DNA of 64,000 nt from contig JAFOCD010000081.1 in assembly GCA_017381475.1 (NCBI GenBank), positions 1,792 to 65,791 of the forward strand. The letters are read 5' to 3'. Under the pieces are notes generated by a model. It ran no database searches. It had not been told where the DNA came from and worked only from the letters and a program-made list of their open reading frames with translations. The translations under genes and the position numbers were made by a program. The stretch comes from Bacteroidaceae bacterium. GTDB taxonomy: Bacteria; Bacteroidota; Bacteroidia; Bacteroidales; Bacteroidaceae. This document shows positions 46,047 to 56,378 of this stretch, piece after piece; position 1 is the stretch's first letter, and each line of letters starts with the position of its first letter.

Positions 46047-47708
46047 TTAGCTGAGACCTACAATCTCACCATCCACAAAATCAATGCAGTTAGCCTGCGG
46101 CACCTTTGGCAAGCCAGGCATGCGGATAATATCACCAGCAATGGCAACAATCATCTCGGCACCGGCATTGAGCACTACATCGCGGATTTGGAGATTAAAG
46201 TCCTTGACTGCACCATATTTTGTTGCATCGGCGCTGAACGAGAACTGTGTCTTTGCGATACATACAGGACACTTTGAAAGACCGTACTTCTCGGCAAGCT
46301 TAATGCGGTCGAGAGCAGGCTTTGCGAATGTAACCGAAGCTGCACCGTAGATTTTCTTAGCGACCTTCTCAATCTTTGTCTGTACGCTATCCTCGTCGTC
46401 GTATGTAAACTCAAGGGCCTTTGAAGGATTGTTCTCAATTGTATCAACAACAATCTGAGCCATCTCAACAGCACCCTCACCACCCTGGGCAAATGCGTTG
46501 TTGATAACAAATGGCAAGCCAAGCTCCTGCTCGCAGTGATTGCGGAGAAGCGCCATCTCCTCGTCGGTATCTGTAGCAAAACGGTTAAACACCACAATAA
46601 CCGACTGACCGAAAGAACGGAGGTTCGCTACATGACGATCGAGGTTTGCAAGACCATTGCGCAAGCCATCCATATCAGGTTCCTTGATCTTGTCAAGTTC
46701 AACACCACCGTGCATCTTCAAGCCCTGGGCCGTAGCAACGATAACAGTTGCATCGGGCTGCAGACCACTCTTGCGGCAAAGGATGTTGTAGAATTTCTCA
46801 GCACCCAAGTCCGCACCGAAGCCAGCCTCGGTAATTGTGTATTCGCTATGAGCAAGCGCCATCTTGGTTGCAAGCTGTGAGTTACAGCCATGAGCGATAT
46901 TAGCGAATGGACCGCCATGAATAATAGCAGGAGTATTCTCGGTTGTCTGTACAAGGTTTGGCTGGATAGCATCCTTCAACAACACCATGATCGCACCGGC
47001 AACGCCAAGGTCTTTCACTGTGAAAGGCTCACCAGCGTATGTATAGCCAAGCATTATATTCTCAATGCGACGGCGCAAATCGTTCTCGTCGCTTGCAAGG
47101 CAAAGAATTGCCATAAGCTCCGACGCAGGAGTGATGTCGAAACCAGCCTGCTCTACGATACCATTTGTAGCAGGGCCGATACCTGTTATGATTGAACGCA
47201 ATGAGCGGTCATTGACATCAAGAACACGACGCCACAGGATTTCCTTCAAGCCGAAACCATCCTTAGCATGCTGATAAAGATAGTTGTCGAGCAATGCCGA
47301 AATCATATTGTGAGCCGATGTGATTGCGTGGAAGTCACCAGTGAAGTGGAGGTTAATCTTCTCCATTGGAAGAACCTGAGCATAACCACCGCCGGCAGCA
47401 CCACCCTTCATACCGAAGCAGGGACCGAGTGAAGGCTCGCGAAGAGCGACAACAGCCTTCTTGCCGATTTTGTTAAGACCCAAAGCAAGACCAATTGAAA
47501 CGGTTGTCTTTCCGATACCCGCCTTTGTCGCAGTAATGGCAGTCACAAGAATGAGTTTACCCTTCTGCTTGCCAATGAGGTTCAATGGCAACTTGGCAAT
47601 GTACTTGCCATAGTGTTCAAGGTCGTTGGCATCGATACCGATCTGGGCTGCCACATTTTCGATACGCTCAAGTTTGGTTTCATGAGCAATTTGAATGTCA
47701 CTCTTCAT
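46047..47708 (-). CDS. fhs: Formate--tetrahydrofolate ligase
   Basis: 553 aa. [10 protein letters not shown]...[11 protein letters not shown]-type P-loop ([15 protein letters not shown])...[19 protein letters not shown] is canonical. Confidence 0.95.
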   Translation of the reverse strand: MKSDIQIAHETKLERIENVAAQIGIDANDLEHYGKYIAKLPLNLIGKQKGKLILVTAITATKAGIGKTTVSIGLALGLNKIGKKAVVALREPSLGPCFGMKGGAAGGGYAQVLPMEKINLHFTGDFHAITSAHNMISALLDNYLYQHAKDGFGLKEILWRRVLDVNDRSLRSIITGIGPATNGIVEQAGFDITPASELMAILCLASDENDLRRRIENIMLGYTYAGEPFTVKDLGVAGAIMVLLKDAIQPNLVQTTENTPAIIHGGPFANIAHGCNSQLATKMALAHSEYTITEAGFGADLGAEKFYNILCRKSGLQPDATVIVATAQGLKMHGGVELDKIKEPDMDGLRNGLANLDRHVANLRSFGQSVIVVFNRFATDTDEEMALLRNHCEQELGLPFVINNAFAQGGEGAVEMAQIVVDTIENNPSKALEFTYDDEDSVQTKIEKVAKKIYGAASVTFAKPALDRIKLAEKYGLSKCPVCIAKTQFSFSADATKYGAVKDFNLQIRDVVLNAGAEMIVAIAGDIIRMPGLPKVPQANCIDFVDGEIVGLS

Positions 47709-47823
47709 AGTAAGTATTTGTTGTTTTGATTAATATTTCCGTACAATAGTGCGAAGATAGTAAAATAAATTCATATCACCACAATCATTCACACACTCAT
47801 TGTGAATATTTGGGCAAGTTTTA

Positions 47824-47831
47824 TATCTTTG
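47824..47831 (+). promoter_or_regulatory. -7 promoter box TATCTTTG for the GT2 gene
   Basis: It matches TAnnTTTG and lies 24 nt upstream of the ATG at 47855. It sits inside the 5' extension proposed by the ORF track. Confidence 0.55.
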
Positions 47832-47854
47832 CAGTACCAGAAACCGCAAGACCC

Positions 47855-48748
47855 ATGTTATCAATCCTGATTCCTGTAAAGAATTTCGACTGCAGCAGAC
47901 TCGTCAATGAGCTCCACAAGCAAGGTGAAGCTCTGGACTCTCCATACGAGGTCATTGTCGCCGAGGACGGGACAGACGACAGCATGCTGCACCTGAACGC
48001 TATAGCAGACAACCTCACCAACTGCAGGAGAATAGTAAAGGATATAAACATTGGCCGTGCAGCGACAAGAAATTTCCTGGCATCTGAAGCCAAGTACAGG
48101 AACCTGGTATTCATAGACTGCGATGCTGTTGTTGAGAAGCAGGATTTCCTGAAGACATATGCCCATGCATTAAAGGACAACAAAGTCGTCTGTGGCGGCT
48201 TGTATCATGCAGACACCATCCCAAACAAAGAGTGTACCCTGCGATACAGATATGAGAAGGAAGCCGACAAAACACGCGATGCACAGACACGCTGCAAAGC
48301 CCCGTACGACCGCTTTACCTCATTCAACTTTGCCATTGACAAAGAGTTGTTCAATTCAATTTTATTTGACATCTCAATTACAAAATACGGATACGAGGAT
48401 GTCCTTTTCGGCAAGGAACTCGAGAAACGGGGCATCAGTATCTGCCACATTGAGAACAGGCTGCTTCATAGCGGCCTTGAGGACAACGCCACATTCCTTG
48501 CAAAAACCGAGCAAGCTCTGGCCACGCTTGTCGCGATAAAGGAGAAGGTCGGCAACACTCCATTGCTCGACACAGCCGACAAACTGAACCGCTACCACCT
48601 CACATGGCTATTCATGACATACTGGAAATGCAGTCGGAAGCGTTTGAGAAAGAACCTTATTGGAAATTCCCCCTCGCTTACAAAATTCAGCATCTACAAA
48701 CTCGGATATTACATTTCGCTCAACCGGCAGGAGCTTGGTTGCAAATGA
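47855..48748 (+). CDS. Glycosyltransferase family 2
   Basis: MLSILIPVKNFDCSRLV...VIVAEDGTDD...FIDCDAV follows the GT2 (GT-A, DxD) pattern. The start was chosen downstream of the -7 box. Confidence 0.75.
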   Translation: MLSILIPVKNFDCSRLVNELHKQGEALDSPYEVIVAEDGTDDSMLHLNAIADNLTNCRRIVKDINIGRAATRNFLASEAKYRNLVFIDCDAVVEKQDFLKTYAHALKDNKVVCGGLYHADTIPNKECTLRYRYEKEADKTRDAQTRCKAPYDRFTSFNFAIDKELFNSILFDISITKYGYEDVLFGKELEKRGISICHIENRLLHSGLEDNATFLAKTEQALATLVAIKEKVGNTPLLDTADKLNRYHLTWLFMTYWKCSRKRLRKNLIGNSPSLTKFSIYKLGYYISLNRQELGCK

Positions 48749-48858
48749 ACTTTTTTCGACAAAAGACGCATTTAAAGCCGTAACGACAATGAGTTTTAAA
48801 GAAAAAAGATTTATTTTTGTGAGTTGAAATCAAAGATTTCATCAACAGTACGATTATA

Positions 48859-49048
48859 AGAAGCTGTTTGAATTTATATCACCAAGTTTTTTATAGAGCA
48901 AAAATGGGATGTTTATATATTTTTAAAGGGCACATAGCGGGCTATGTAACCGCAAAAAAGAAAGAAACAGACATTTTTGAACATAAAAAACGGTGAAACA
49001 TTCAGCTCTTATAATAAAATTATTTTTTTAGAAATTCAAACAACTTCT
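48859..49048. repeat. 17-bp inverted repeat pair (16/17 match) flanking a 156-bp AT-rich segment upstream of glnS
   Basis: agaagctgtttgaattt (48859-48875) is matched by aaattcaaacaacttct (49032-49048). The reverse complement of the second differs from the first at one base. Confidence 0.8.
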
Positions 49049-49070
49049 AAACATAAAAAACAACATAGCA

Positions 49071-50813
49071 ATGGCAGAAATCAACGAAACTGAAAAGACA
49101 GAGAAAAAGAGCATCAGTTTTATCGAACAGATTATAGTGGATGACCTTGCACAGGGCAAGAACGGCAGCAAGGTACAGACCCGTTTCCCGCCCGAGCCCA
49201 ACGGTTACCTGCACATTGGCCACGCAAAGGCAATATGCATGGACTTTGGCATGGCACAGAAATATGGCGGCATCTGCAACCTGCGTTTCGACGACACCAA
49301 CCCCACAAAGGAGGATATGGAGTACGTAGACGCTATTATGGAGGACATCAAATGGCTTGGTTTCGACTGGGCGAATGTTTACTATGCATCTGACTACTTT
49401 GACCAGCTCTGGGATTTTGCAATAAAGCTCATCAAGGAAGGCAAGGCATACATCGACGAACAGAGCGCCGAGCAGATTGCCGAGCAAAAGGGCACACCCA
49501 CACAGCCTGGTACAAACAGCCCGTTCCGTGACCGCCCCATCGAGGAGAGCCTCGAGCTATTCGAGAAGATGAACACCGGCGAGATTGAGGAGGGCAAGAT
49601 GGTACTGCGTGCCAAGATTGACATGGCTAGCCCCAACATGCACTTCCGCGACCCTATCATCTACCGCGTTGTAAAGGCAGCACACCACCGCACAGGCGAG
49701 AAGTGGAAGGCATATCCAATGTACGATTTCGCCCACGGACAGAGCGACTACTTCGAGGGCGTGACCCACTCTCTCTGCACATTGGAGTTCGTTCCTCACC
49801 GCCCATTATATGACCTGTTCGTTGATTGGGTAAAGGACGGCAAGGATCTCGAAGACAACCGCCCACGCCAGTACGAGTTCAACAAACTGAACCTCAACTA
49901 CACACTCATGAGCAAGCGCAACCTGCTCATCCTTGTAAAAGAGGGTCTTGTAAATGGTTGGGACGACCCACGAATGCCGACACTCTGCGGTTTCCGTCGC
50001 CGTGGCTACTCACCCGAATCAATCAGAAATTTTGTTGACAAGATCGGTTATACCACATATGACGCGCTCAATGACTTCGCATTGCTCGAGAGTGCAGTAC
50101 GTGAGGATTTGAACAGCCGCGCGACACGAGTTTCAGCTGTCATCAACCCTATCAAACTCACAATAACCAACTACCCCGAGGAGAAGGTCGAGGAGTTGAC
50201 AGCAATCAACAACCCCGAGCGCCCCGAGGACGGCACACACACCATCGAGTTCTGCCGCGAGCTTTGGATCGAGGGTGATGACTTTATGGAGGATGCTCCA
50301 AAGAACTACTTCCGCTTGACCCCAGGTCGCGAGGTGCGCCTGAAGAATGCATACATCGTTCTTTGCACAGGTTGCAACAAGGACGAGAACGGCAATGTAA
50401 CCGAGGTACTTTGCGAATACATTCCACAGACAAAGACCGGCGAGGCCGATGCCAACCGCAAGGTAAAGAGCACCATCCACTGGGTGAGCCGCCGTCATTG
50501 CCTTGACGCCGAGGTTCGTCTCTATGACCGTTTGTGGAGCGCAGAGAACCCACGCGACGAGATGGCCGCAATACGTGAGGCCAAGAACTGCGACGCCCTC
50601 ACAGCGATGAAGGAGATGATCTACCCCGACTCATTGAAGGTATTGAAAGAGTGCAAGGTTGAAAAGTTCCTCGCCCAGGGCAAGCCGCTCGATTACTTGC
50701 AGTTCCAGCGCATCGGCTACTTCAACATCGACCCCGATTCAACAGCCGAGAAGCTGATATTCAACCGCACAGTTTCACTCAAGGATACATGGAACAAGCT
50801 CAAGGGAAAATAA
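49071..50813 (+). CDS. glnS: Glutamine--tRNA ligase
   Basis: 580 aa. It has the HIGH motif (RFPPEPNGYLHIGHAKA) and KMSKS-type VMSKR (TLMSKRN). Overall it is collinear with GlnRS. Confidence 0.95.
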   Translation: MAEINETEKTEKKSISFIEQIIVDDLAQGKNGSKVQTRFPPEPNGYLHIGHAKAICMDFGMAQKYGGICNLRFDDTNPTKEDMEYVDAIMEDIKWLGFDWANVYYASDYFDQLWDFAIKLIKEGKAYIDEQSAEQIAEQKGTPTQPGTNSPFRDRPIEESLELFEKMNTGEIEEGKMVLRAKIDMASPNMHFRDPIIYRVVKAAHHRTGEKWKAYPMYDFAHGQSDYFEGVTHSLCTLEFVPHRPLYDLFVDWVKDGKDLEDNRPRQYEFNKLNLNYTLMSKRNLLILVKEGLVNGWDDPRMPTLCGFRRRGYSPESIRNFVDKIGYTTYDALNDFALLESAVREDLNSRATRVSAVINPIKLTITNYPEEKVEELTAINNPERPEDGTHTIEFCRELWIEGDDFMEDAPKNYFRLTPGREVRLKNAYIVLCTGCNKDENGNVTEVLCEYIPQTKTGEADANRKVKSTIHWVSRRHCLDAEVRLYDRLWSAENPRDEMAAIREAKNCDALTAMKEMIYPDSLKVLKECKVEKFLAQGKPLDYLQFQRIGYFNIDPDSTAEKLIFNRTVSLKDTWNKLKGK

Positions 50814-50851
50814 TCCCTTGGGCACTCCAATGAAAACGGTCAATTAGTAGA

Positions 50852-52273
50852 ATGAACAACGACAAAGGATTTTACGAATCACCCGAGTTCCGCGAATTGC
50901 TTGCCAAATACGAGAAGTCCATCAAATTAGGCATGGGCATCTATCTGGGCATTGACGAGTTCGCGGACTTGCTGTCATATTACCTCTCCATTGACCGTCC
51001 CGACGATGCAGCCAATGTCCTTGACGCTGCAAAGCGCCTCCACCCCACTGCGCCCGAGCTTGTAAAAATGGAGATAAGAATACTCCTTTATAATGGGGAG
51101 GCCACACAGGCACTTGAGCGTTTCGGTGACCTTAAATACATTGACGAAGCCGAAAAACTTACAATAAAGGCCGAGATTATGCTAGCCCTGAGGGATTTTA
51201 AGCAGGCACGCGACATTGCGATAGCCCTGCTCAGCATGAAGACCCCCGACCAGGGATATGTATACGAAGGACTGGAGATACTCCTTGACTGCGGTTTCGC
51301 CCTCGAAGCTTTGGAAATTTGCGAAAGGGCACTAAAGATGGCACCGGGGCAGACCAACCTGAAGGAGGTAAAAGCCGAGTGCCTCATTGAACTGCAACGC
51401 ATAAGCGAAGCTGTAAAGATATACAACGAACTGCTCGACGAGAACCCCTACTCAACCTTCTATTGGGAACAGCTCGGACATATATACTATATGGTAAAGA
51501 AGTTCGGCAAGAGCCTAGAGTGCTTCGAATATGAAAGCGCCATAAACGAGGAGATTGAGTATGCAAGCATGATGCAGGCATATTGCTATTACTTTCTACA
51601 AGACTACAAAAAGGCAAAAGAACTGTTTGGAGCGCTTGCAAGGAAATACAGCAACACCGTAATGCCAATATTCTATATTGGACTGTGCCATTACCATGAG
51701 AGAGCAATGGAGGAAGCATTGAACGCATTCGACATCGCCATAAACTGCGCCCAGGAGGGAACGATAAGCATGATGCTGGCAAGAGTCAACAAAGCAATAC
51801 TGCTCGACCTACAAGGCGAGACCTCTGTTGCAGACGATGCCATGTCCATGGCATTGCTCATGCACCCAGACAACATGAAGCAGCTTGTACTCACGAACAA
51901 GCACCTCTATGAACTACGCGACAGAGAAAACCTCACCTTCGACGACATGAACATCATTGAAACCAAGGAGTGGAGCACCGAGGAGACATTATACAGACTG
52001 GGAGAGCATCTTGTAAGACACAACCACCTGGCACTTGGCAAAAGAGTCTTCAGATATTGTCGCGACATAAGTTATGACAAGGCCGATGTTGACGCATTCC
52101 TTGCCTACATATTGTGGAATACAGACAAGAAGGGGGAGGTCGCCTCATACATTGAAAGCGCACTTGACGGACGTTCAAACAAGTTATTTGAATTGTTTGA
52201 CATCCCATACAACGCCAACATCAGTACCACGGCGTTCATAGAACAGGTAAATGAAAAAGAGAGCAACGCATAA
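50852..52273 (+). CDS. TPR-repeat protein, function unknown
   Basis: 473 aa made of repeated helix-pair segments (e.g. WEQLGHIYYMVKKFGKSLECFEYESAIN, ASMMQAYCYYFLQDYKKAKELF). Confidence 0.6.
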   Translation: MNNDKGFYESPEFRELLAKYEKSIKLGMGIYLGIDEFADLLSYYLSIDRPDDAANVLDAAKRLHPTAPELVKMEIRILLYNGEATQALERFGDLKYIDEAEKLTIKAEIMLALRDFKQARDIAIALLSMKTPDQGYVYEGLEILLDCGFALEALEICERALKMAPGQTNLKEVKAECLIELQRISEAVKIYNELLDENPYSTFYWEQLGHIYYMVKKFGKSLECFEYESAINEEIEYASMMQAYCYYFLQDYKKAKELFGALARKYSNTVMPIFYIGLCHYHERAMEEALNAFDIAINCAQEGTISMMLARVNKAILLDLQGETSVADDAMSMALLMHPDNMKQLVLTNKHLYELRDRENLTFDDMNIIETKEWSTEETLYRLGEHLVRHNHLALGKRVFRYCRDISYDKADVDAFLAYILWNTDKKGEVASYIESALDGRSNKLFELFDIPYNANISTTAFIEQVNEKESNA

Positions 52274-52289
52274 CAGCATCGCTCTCTTT
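52256..52289. terminator. Hairpin between convergent TPR and manC genes
   Basis: aaagagagc (52256-52264) pairs with gctctcttt (52281-52289) around a 16-nt loop. It overlaps the last codons of the TPR gene and is followed by a T-run. Confidence 0.55.
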
Positions 52290-52312
52290 ACTTTTTATAT
52301 CAAATACAATAA

Positions 52313-53377
52313 TCAAATCTCCTCAGAGAACTCCTTAATACGGTTTTCGTCAGATTTCCTGCAAACCAACAAATTGCCGTCATTCTCGGCAATGATGCAG
52401 TCATCAACACCTACAACAACCACATTCTTCATTCCCGGCGCATTCACCACACAGTTATGCGAATCGGCAAACTTGGCAGTAACACCCAACGCAGCATTGC
52501 CATTCACATCCTTCGCCACATTGCTGTGCAGCGATACCCAAGTTCCCAAATCACTCCAGCCGAAATTTGATGGGAAAACAAAAATTTCATCTGCACGCTC
52601 CATTATGGCATAATCAACAGAGATGCTACGGCAATCGGGGAAGCGCTCATTCACACACTCCTGCTCCTCTGCAGTAAAGTAGAACGGAACAAGTGATTCA
52701 AAGACCGATGCGATAGGCGACTGATACACCCTGAAAGCGTTCACAATTGTCGATACATTCCATATAAAAATTCCGGAGTTCCAATAATAATTATTCTTCG
52801 CAATATAAGCCTGAGCCACCTCAAGTGATGGTTTTTCCTTAAAGGAATCAACACGGAACACCTCCTTGTTTGCCAATGACGAGCTACCAAGCACAGCCTC
52901 TATGTAACCATAACCGGTATCGGGGCGGGTTGGTTTTATTCCCAATGTCAGGATTGCATCCGAATCGGCCACAAAACCGAGTGCCGATTTTATAACCCTA
53001 CGAAATTCTGGCACATCAGCAACAAAATGGTCACTTGGAGTAACAACCATATTGGCGTTAGGGAAGCGCTTCTTGATTTTCCATGCCGCATAGGCTATAC
53101 AAGGCGCAGTGTTACGACGGCATGGTTCCTTGAGGATGTTCTCATCAGGAATCATAGGAAGCTGTTCCTTTACAAGCGGAGCATATTTCTCGGATGTAAG
53201 TACCCAAATATTTTCAATGGGGCAAATGCCTTCGAAACGGTCAACGGTCAACTGGAGCAAGGATTTGCCACAACCAAGGACATCAATGAACTGTTTGGGG
53301 CGGTCCACCGTACTCATGGGCCAAAAGCGACTTCCGATTCCGCCGGCCATAATCACTATATGATTTGATGTTGCCAT
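52313..53377 (-). CDS. manC: Mannose-1-phosphate guanylyltransferase
   Basis: 354 aa. IVIMAGGIGSRFWPMSTVDRPKQF is the nucleotidyltransferase signature. The length fits the GMP-only form without a PMI domain. Confidence 0.85.
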   Translation of the reverse strand: MATSNHIVIMAGGIGSRFWPMSTVDRPKQFIDVLGCGKSLLQLTVDRFEGICPIENIWVLTSEKYAPLVKEQLPMIPDENILKEPCRRNTAPCIAYAAWKIKKRFPNANMVVTPSDHFVADVPEFRRVIKSALGFVADSDAILTLGIKPTRPDTGYGYIEAVLGSSSLANKEVFRVDSFKEKPSLEVAQAYIAKNNYYWNSGIFIWNVSTIVNAFRVYQSPIASVFESLVPFYFTAEEQECVNERFPDCRSISVDYAIMERADEIFVFPSNFGWSDLGTWVSLHSNVAKDVNGNAALGVTAKFADSHNCVVNAPGMKNVVVVGVDDCIIAENDGNLLVCRKSDENRIKEFSEEI

Positions 53378-53732
53378 AATATCAAAAACAAAATCTACAA
53401 CTTGTTATCTTTATCGCAAAGGTAGCAAAAGCGAGCAAAAATGCACTAAACTTGTTTCAATGCTTTTTACAGCGAGCGCAATTCATCTTCGCGATTTATC
53501 GCAAAGATACTAAAAACGAACGAAATACCGCAATAAGTTGTTTTTTATTTAAAAATATGCATCCTGTTCACTGATACGTCTCTCATTTTTCTGTTTATTT
53601 TTATCGTAAAGCATATCAAAAAAATGATGGAACAACATATAAACCAGATAAATTCAGGAAGAAGCACGAATCCAAAGCTCAACAACCTTTAAAATAAACA
53701 CATTTAATTTCTTTTATTTGGGTTTTATTTTT

Positions 53733-53740
53733 TAAATTTG
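53733..53740 (+). promoter_or_regulatory. -7 promoter box TAAATTTG for the wecA-like gene
   Basis: It matches TAnnTTTG. It overlaps the TTG start proposed by the track (53738), which argues for the ATG at 53801. Confidence 0.55.
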
Positions 53741-53800
53741 CAAATAGTCTATTGCCTATTTCAGAATAAGCATTTTTGTTTAACAATAAACATTTTTGCC

Positions 53801-54967
53801 ATGTCAAATATAGAACATATTATTCTTCCGGCACTGCTTGCCTTTTTAGGAACATTGTGGATACACCCTAAAGTCCTGAAAATTGCAATACTAAAGAATA
53901 TTGTTGACAACCCTGATGCCCGAAAATTACAACGAAACCCTGTTCCAGTCTTGGGTGGTGTAGCAGTGTTCTTTGGAATTGTGATTGGCCTTTGCAGTTC
54001 ACAAGCAATCTTTGACAGTGCCAACACCTTCATGCTGATATCAGCAATGACAATCATGCTCTATATTGGTACCACAGATGACATCATAAGCCTGTCACCT
54101 GGCATACGTTTCCTTGTAGAGATTGTAGTTATCGCATGGCTGATGTATGCCAGCAAATCGTCAATGAACTGTTTCTGGGGTTTGTGGGGTATTGGCACTA
54201 TTCCGGCAGTTGCATCCTATGCACTTACCATATTTGCAGCAGTGGGAATAATAAATGCCATTAACCTTATCGACGGCGTAAACGGACTTTCATCGGGATT
54301 TTGCTTCATGTCATCAGTGCTTTTTGCAATCTTCTTCCACATAACAGGGAACCAGGTAATGACTACGCTTGCAATATCTGCAGCCGGAGCAATTGTCCCA
54401 TTCTTCCTGCACAATGTATTCGGGCAGAGTTCAAAAATGTTCATTGGTGACGGCGGAACACTTGTCATTGGTACAATGATGGCGATGTTCGTAATGAATA
54501 TACTTGGAGCCAACCCTGGTTGCGCAGCACTTGCCGCAAAGGGTGTTGGACTCATCCCATTCACATTGGCAGTACTGTCAATACCTGTTTTTGACACCTT
54601 GCGAGTAATGTCGACACGCATCATGCACAAAAAATCCCCGTTCCACCCGGACAAGACCCACCTACACCACATGTTCATTGACCTGGGTTTCTCACACATT
54701 GGAACAACCGTGTCAATATTGTCACTCAACTTCCTGATTGTTGTGGCGTGGTTCGCATCATATAGACTTGGAGCATCCATTGAGGTACAGCTCTATATAG
54801 TTGTGGCATTGAGCATTCTGACAACATTTGTCCTCTACATGTTCGCACAGCGACAAATCGCCAAAAATTCAAAATGCTTGGGTTGCTTCAAGAAAGTTGC
54901 AAAGGCATTGCACATCGAGAAAAAAGGCATATGGCATACTCTGCAACGAATAATGGATAAGTTATAA
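53801..54967 (+). CDS. Polyprenyl-phosphate N-acetylhexosamine-1-phosphate transferase (MraY/WecA family, GT4)
   Basis: It is polytopic. Seen motifs are NPDARKLQRNPVPVLGG, GTTDDIISL and NAINLIDGVNGLSSG, which are WecA/MraY signatures. Confidence 0.8.
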   Translation: MSNIEHIILPALLAFLGTLWIHPKVLKIAILKNIVDNPDARKLQRNPVPVLGGVAVFFGIVIGLCSSQAIFDSANTFMLISAMTIMLYIGTTDDIISLSPGIRFLVEIVVIAWLMYASKSSMNCFWGLWGIGTIPAVASYALTIFAAVGIINAINLIDGVNGLSSGFCFMSSVLFAIFFHITGNQVMTTLAISAAGAIVPFFLHNVFGQSSKMFIGDGGTLVIGTMMAMFVMNILGANPGCAALAAKGVGLIPFTLAVLSIPVFDTLRVMSTRIMHKKSPFHPDKTHLHHMFIDLGFSHIGTTVSILSLNFLIVVAWFASYRLGASIEVQLYIVVALSILTTFVLYMFAQRQIAKNSKCLGCFKKVAKALHIEKKGIWHTLQRIMDKL

Positions 54968-54988
54968 CAAACAAGAACAACATAAAAA

Positions 54989-55024
54989 ATGCAAGTGGCA
55001 CCACTTATGTGATGCCACTTGCAT
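54989..55024. terminator. Bidirectional hairpin terminator
   Basis: atgcaagtggca (54989-55000) pairs with tgccacttgcat (55013-55024). The 12-bp stem is flanked by an A-run and a T-run. Confidence 0.8.
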
Positions 55025-55041
55025 TTTTATAACACTCCTAA

Positions 55042-56307
55042 TCAGTTGCGTTCAAGGCCGGAATTTACACGGTGGACACCAAGCAACCTGTCTGCCCTGT
55101 CACCGAACCCTCTGTAGTACATATATATAAGGTACTCATTTTCGGTATTGTAGAAGTTACCCTCGGCCGGATAATTTTCGGCCTTGCCCGAGTCTGTCGG
55201 CACCCACACATATATGTAGTTGTATACACCAAGTTTCAATGGGAATGAAACCCAATAGCATCCCTCCTGATAATCATACATGAGATCACTGAATACATCA
55301 AATCCATTACCATAGAAATCCCCAAGAAGGTAAAAGTCACCACCTTCACGATAGGGCATATCAAGTGTGAAGATGACATTTGCATAATCGGCCTCAATTT
55401 CACTCCCATACCCCTCCAGAGTGTTGATATAATAAAGTCCATTCTCATCGCGATAGTTCGAATGTGACACACGGGATTTGTCCTTATGCAGGAACACAAT
55501 ATTCCATCCTTTATCATCGTAAAGTACTTCATCAATTCCCTCTCCCGGCGAATAAGGATCGGTAAATTCAAAGCGGCGGTACTCATTTCCGGCATCGAAT
55601 ATAAGACGGGGATTATGCGTATATTCCACCTTATCACCGGTAATGTAGGTTGGAGTTATCCCCATGACACAATTGTCGCGACGACGATTCTGATAGACAA
55701 CCGGTTTCAGTTCGCTCGCAGGCGATGTCACAAAGGAAGGATAACCGACAGTAATGGAGAGCTGCTGATGTCCCTCATTGAACGAGATATCGGTATCACC
55801 ACTGACCTTGACATCAAAAGAGAGCAACGGTTCCACCACCGAGAATTCAAAAACTGCAACCGGAGCTTCATCCTCGACTTCGTCATCAAATACCTCTATG
55901 CGATAATTGCCGGATGCTTTAAGAGAAACATCATCGTTGGGAATTGTAAATTGATAATGGGTATACAACACTGAGGTATTTACAGAATTCTCCCAATCAT
56001 CAATCACAAAATCATTGAAACCATCCAGATAATCCATTTCCAAAAGATCGGACTGTTCCCAATCGCTATTGCAATGTACTATGCGACAGGTGTAGCGGTG
56101 ATATACATGGTCCATTCTATCAAAAGAGAAACGCAGTACATCATCACTGCCAAGCAGCATCACAGGAGGCTGACCCCACTCATCATTCAGCACCATCTGT
56201 GGAGTGCTTATTTTTAGCAAAGGCGAGCGGGAAAACTGTGCATTTGCAGCCACCGCAAAAATCAAGAATAAATATGTTATTACACGCTTGAACATCATTT
56301 TATGCAT
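55042..56307 (-). CDS. DUF5103-like secreted protein (family annotated as T9SS plug-domain protein)
   Basis: It has a signal peptide (FKRVITYLFLIFAVAANAQ). The family was recalled from the motif pattern (RFSFDRMDHVYHRYTCRIVHCNSDWEQS) and was not searched. A -7 box at 56316-56323 suggests the real start is one of the ATGs at 56298 or 56295. Confidence 0.5.
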   Translation of the reverse strand: MHKMMFKRVITYLFLIFAVAANAQFSRSPLLKISTPQMVLNDEWGQPPVMLLGSDDVLRFSFDRMDHVYHRYTCRIVHCNSDWEQSDLLEMDYLDGFNDFVIDDWENSVNTSVLYTHYQFTIPNDDVSLKASGNYRIEVFDDEVEDEAPVAVFEFSVVEPLLSFDVKVSGDTDISFNEGHQQLSITVGYPSFVTSPASELKPVVYQNRRRDNCVMGITPTYITGDKVEYTHNPRLIFDAGNEYRRFEFTDPYSPGEGIDEVLYDDKGWNIVFLHKDKSRVSHSNYRDENGLYYINTLEGYGSEIEADYANVIFTLDMPYREGGDFYLLGDFYGNGFDVFSDLMYDYQEGCYWVSFPLKLGVYNYIYVWVPTDSGKAENYPAEGNFYNTENEYLIYMYYRGFGDRADRLLGVHRVNSGLERN

Positions 56308-56378
56308 TTATCAAGCGAAGATAAGCATTTAAAAACAATATTTTCGTATCTTCACGCAATTTATGACATTATAGCACC

